DNA of 64,000 bases, from the NCBI GenBank assembly GCA_902585045.1, contig CACICB010000005.1, positions 317-64,316 on the forward strand. Direction: 5' to 3'. The DNA is from an uncultured Pelagibacteraceae bacterium (GTDB lineage: Bacteria > Pseudomonadota > Alphaproteobacteria > Pelagibacterales > Pelagibacteraceae). Each line of letters starts with the position of its first letter. The first letter of the stretch is position 1. Of the stretch, positions 61,847-64,000 are shown piece by piece. The notes under the pieces are model-generated. The model worked only from the letters and a program-made list of their open reading frames with translations. It was not told the origin of the DNA and made no database searches. A program made the translations under genes and the position numbers.

Positions 61847-62920
61847 ATGTTACCTCTGCAAAAAGTAAAAGAAATTATTTCTAGATATAGCAGTTTAGAA
61901 AAAGAACTCTCCTCAGGAAATGTAGATCCAAAACAGTTTGTAAACAAATCAAAAGAGTATGCAAATCTTGGAAATATTATCTTAATTGCTAAAGAATATA
62001 TCAATTTTGATAATGAAAAAAAAGATCTAGAACAAATTCTACAGGACAAATCTTCAGACAAAGAAATTATCGAAATGGCTCAAAAAGATTTAGATGATCT
62101 TAACAAAAAAAGAAAAAATAATGAAAACCAATTGAAAATATTTCTATTACCTAGAGACGAAGATGATAGCAAGAACGCAATTGTAGAAATAAGAGCAGGT
62201 ACTGGTGGTTTGGAAGCATCGCTTTTTTGCTCCGATTTATTTAAAATGTATGAAAAAGTTTGCTCAAAAAAAAAATGGCAACTGGAGATAATAAATATTT
62301 CCAAAAGTGATGCAGGCGGCTTTAAGGAGGTCATATTTTCAGTAAACGGAAATGACATTTACTCTTATCTTAAATATGAGTCTGGTGTTCATCGTGTACA
62401 AAGGATACCTGAAACCGAAACACAGGGAAGGGTACATACTTCAGCCGCTACAGTGGCTGTCTTACCCGAGGCAGAGGAGGTAGATATTCAAATTAAAGAC
62501 ACTGATTTGAGAATAGATGTTTTCAGAGCTGGCGGACCCGGTGGGCAATCAGTAAACACAACTGACAGTGCAGTTAGAATCACTCACTTACCAAGTGGTG
62601 TTGTAGTAAGTCAACAAGATGAAAAATCACAGCATAAAAATAAAGCAAAGGCACTAAAGATACTGAGGTCACGTGTATATGAAGATGAAAAAAGAAAAAA
62701 AGACCAGGAAAGATCAAGTAATAGAAGAAGCCAAATAGGAACTGGAGACAGATCTGAAAGAATAAGAACTTATAACTTTCCCCAAGGAAGAGTAACTGAC
62801 CATAGAATTAATCTTACATTACACAAATTAGATGAGTTTTTAAGCGGTGAAATTCATGAAGAGATGAATGAGCAATTACGGCTTAAAGAACAAGACTTGA
62901 AACTTGAAAGTTTAAAATAA
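61847..62920 (+). CDS. prfA: Peptide chain release factor 1
   Basis: PET recognition motif, GGQ motif, RTYNFPQ. Confidence 0.97.
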   Translation: MLPLQKVKEIISRYSSLEKELSSGNVDPKQFVNKSKEYANLGNIILIAKEYINFDNEKKDLEQILQDKSSDKEIIEMAQKDLDDLNKKRKNNENQLKIFLLPRDEDDSKNAIVEIRAGTGGLEASLFCSDLFKMYEKVCSKKKWQLEIINISKSDAGGFKEVIFSVNGNDIYSYLKYESGVHRVQRIPETETQGRVHTSAATVAVLPEAEEVDIQIKDTDLRIDVFRAGGPGGQSVNTTDSAVRITHLPSGVVVSQQDEKSQHKNKAKALKILRSRVYEDEKRKKDQERSSNRRSQIGTGDRSERIRTYNFPQGRVTDHRINLTLHKLDEFLSGEIHEEMNEQLRLKEQDLKLESLK

Positions 62921-62922
62921 TT

Positions 62923-63768
62923 GTGAATACTTTTGAATTATTGAAGATAGGATCTACAGTACTTAAAGAAAAAAAAATTACGTCTTTCAACTTAGATTCG
63001 GAGATTTTGCTTTCAAAAGTTTTGAAACAAAAAAGACAGGATTTACTTCGAAATTTAAATAAAAAAATCCATAAAAAAAATCTAATTAAATATTCTGATC
63101 TAATTTACAGAAGGTCAACTAATGAACCGATTGCATACATTCTTGAAAAAAAAGAATTTTGGAGTAAATTTTTTTATATTACTAAAGACACTTTAATTCC
63201 AAGACCAGAAACAGAGCTCATGGTAGATAAATTAATAAAGAAATACAAATATAAAAAAGATATATCTATTTTAGATATGGGGACCGGAAGCGGTTGCATT
63301 ATTATAAGTTTACTAAGTGAATTAAATAATTCTTATGGAATAGGTATAGATATTTCAAATAAAGCTATCGAAATAGCGAAAAAAAATGCTATTAATAATG
63401 GTGTCAGTTCAAGAATTAAGTTTCTAAATTTTTCATTTTCCAGATATTTCCATAAAAAATATGACCTAATCGTTTCTAATCCGCCATATATAAGTAGAAG
63501 AGAATTTCAGTGTTTGAGTGAAGATATTAAGAGATTTGAACCCAGAATAGCCTTAGATGGAGGAAATGATGGGCTTGACCTTATAAAAAAAGTTATCTAC
63601 AAAACTAAAGAAATTCTAAAAATAAATGGAACTCTTGCCTTAGAAATAGGTAACAAGCAATTTAAGAAAGTTTCGAAAATATTAATTAATAATAACTTTA
63701 AAATTGAATTAAGGATCAACGATACCAGGGATAATACAAGATGTATAATTGCGAAGAAATTAAAATAG
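62923..63768 (+). CDS. prmC: Release factor glutamine methyltransferase
   Basis: LIPRPETE, DMGTGSG, SNPPY; follows prfA. Confidence 0.96.
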   Translation: MNTFELLKIGSTVLKEKKITSFNLDSEILLSKVLKQKRQDLLRNLNKKIHKKNLIKYSDLIYRRSTNEPIAYILEKKEFWSKFFYITKDTLIPRPETELMVDKLIKKYKYKKDISILDMGTGSGCIIISLLSELNNSYGIGIDISNKAIEIAKKNAINNGVSSRIKFLNFSFSRYFHKKYDLIVSNPPYISRREFQCLSEDIKRFEPRIALDGGNDGLDLIKKVIYKTKEILKINGTLALEIGNKQFKKVSKILINNNFKIELRINDTRDNTRCIIAKKLK

Positions 63769-63771
63769 AAA

Positions 63772-64000
63772 ATGAGCATAAATAATCGTAGAAGAAATTT
63801 TAGATCAAGATCTCAAAAAAATAATTTCAGAAGAAGATCTAATATAACAAGCACTAATAATGCTTCTAGCCTTACAAGTAATGGAAACGTTAATTTTAAT
63901 AGAAACGGATCCATGAATAATTTACATGCAGTAGAAAAGACAATGCAAAAATTTCAACAGTTAGCAAAGGACGCTCAAAGCAACGGTGATCCAGTTTTAG
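63772..64000 (+). CDS. DUF4167 family protein (3' truncated by window)
   Basis: N/R-rich N-terminus then KFQQLAKDAQSNGDPV; follows prmC as in Alphaproteobacteria. Confidence 0.8.
   Translation, partial: MSINNRRRNFRSRSQKNNFRRRSNITSTNNASSLTSNGNVNFNRNGSMNNLHAVEKTMQKFQQLAKDAQSNGDPVL

Noticed and set aside
1622-63779. Numerous 60-170 aa ORFs nested in or antisense to core genes (e.g. 1622-1993, 14607-15059, 29667-30092, 57259-57759, 19639-19917)
   Set aside because: Shadow frames of well-supported genes with no motifs or independent signals.

Overview
AT-rich, extremely compact alphaproteobacterial chromosome segment. Gene content and order (gltD-gltB, class I lysS, cobS/cobT-J domain-bolA, DUF2948/DUF1178/DUF4167 neighbourhoods, near-zero intergenic space) fit SAR11/Pelagibacterales; this assignment is an inference. 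About 60 mostly housekeeping CDSs (translation, Arg/Lys/His/aromatic biosynthesis, envelope, secA, photolyase) and two tRNAs (Ser-GGA, Phe-GAA). The one clearly accessory element is a 2,074-bp integrase-less, single-gene cassette inserted in tRNA-Ser. It is bounded by a 75-bp direct repeat that starts in the tRNA D-loop, carries a matching tandem GGTCGYCR motif near each end (arm-site-like) and encodes an autotransporter-like surface protein. Other oddities: both tRNAs begin at the last G of the upstream gene's TAG stop; tRNA-Phe has paired non-canonical D-loop/T-loop changes; a GC-rich hairpin exposes an SD/anti-SD-like loop; a nested palindrome precedes gltDB; several small ORFs are missing from the ORF track. 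All calls are from motif recognition only; no searches were run.
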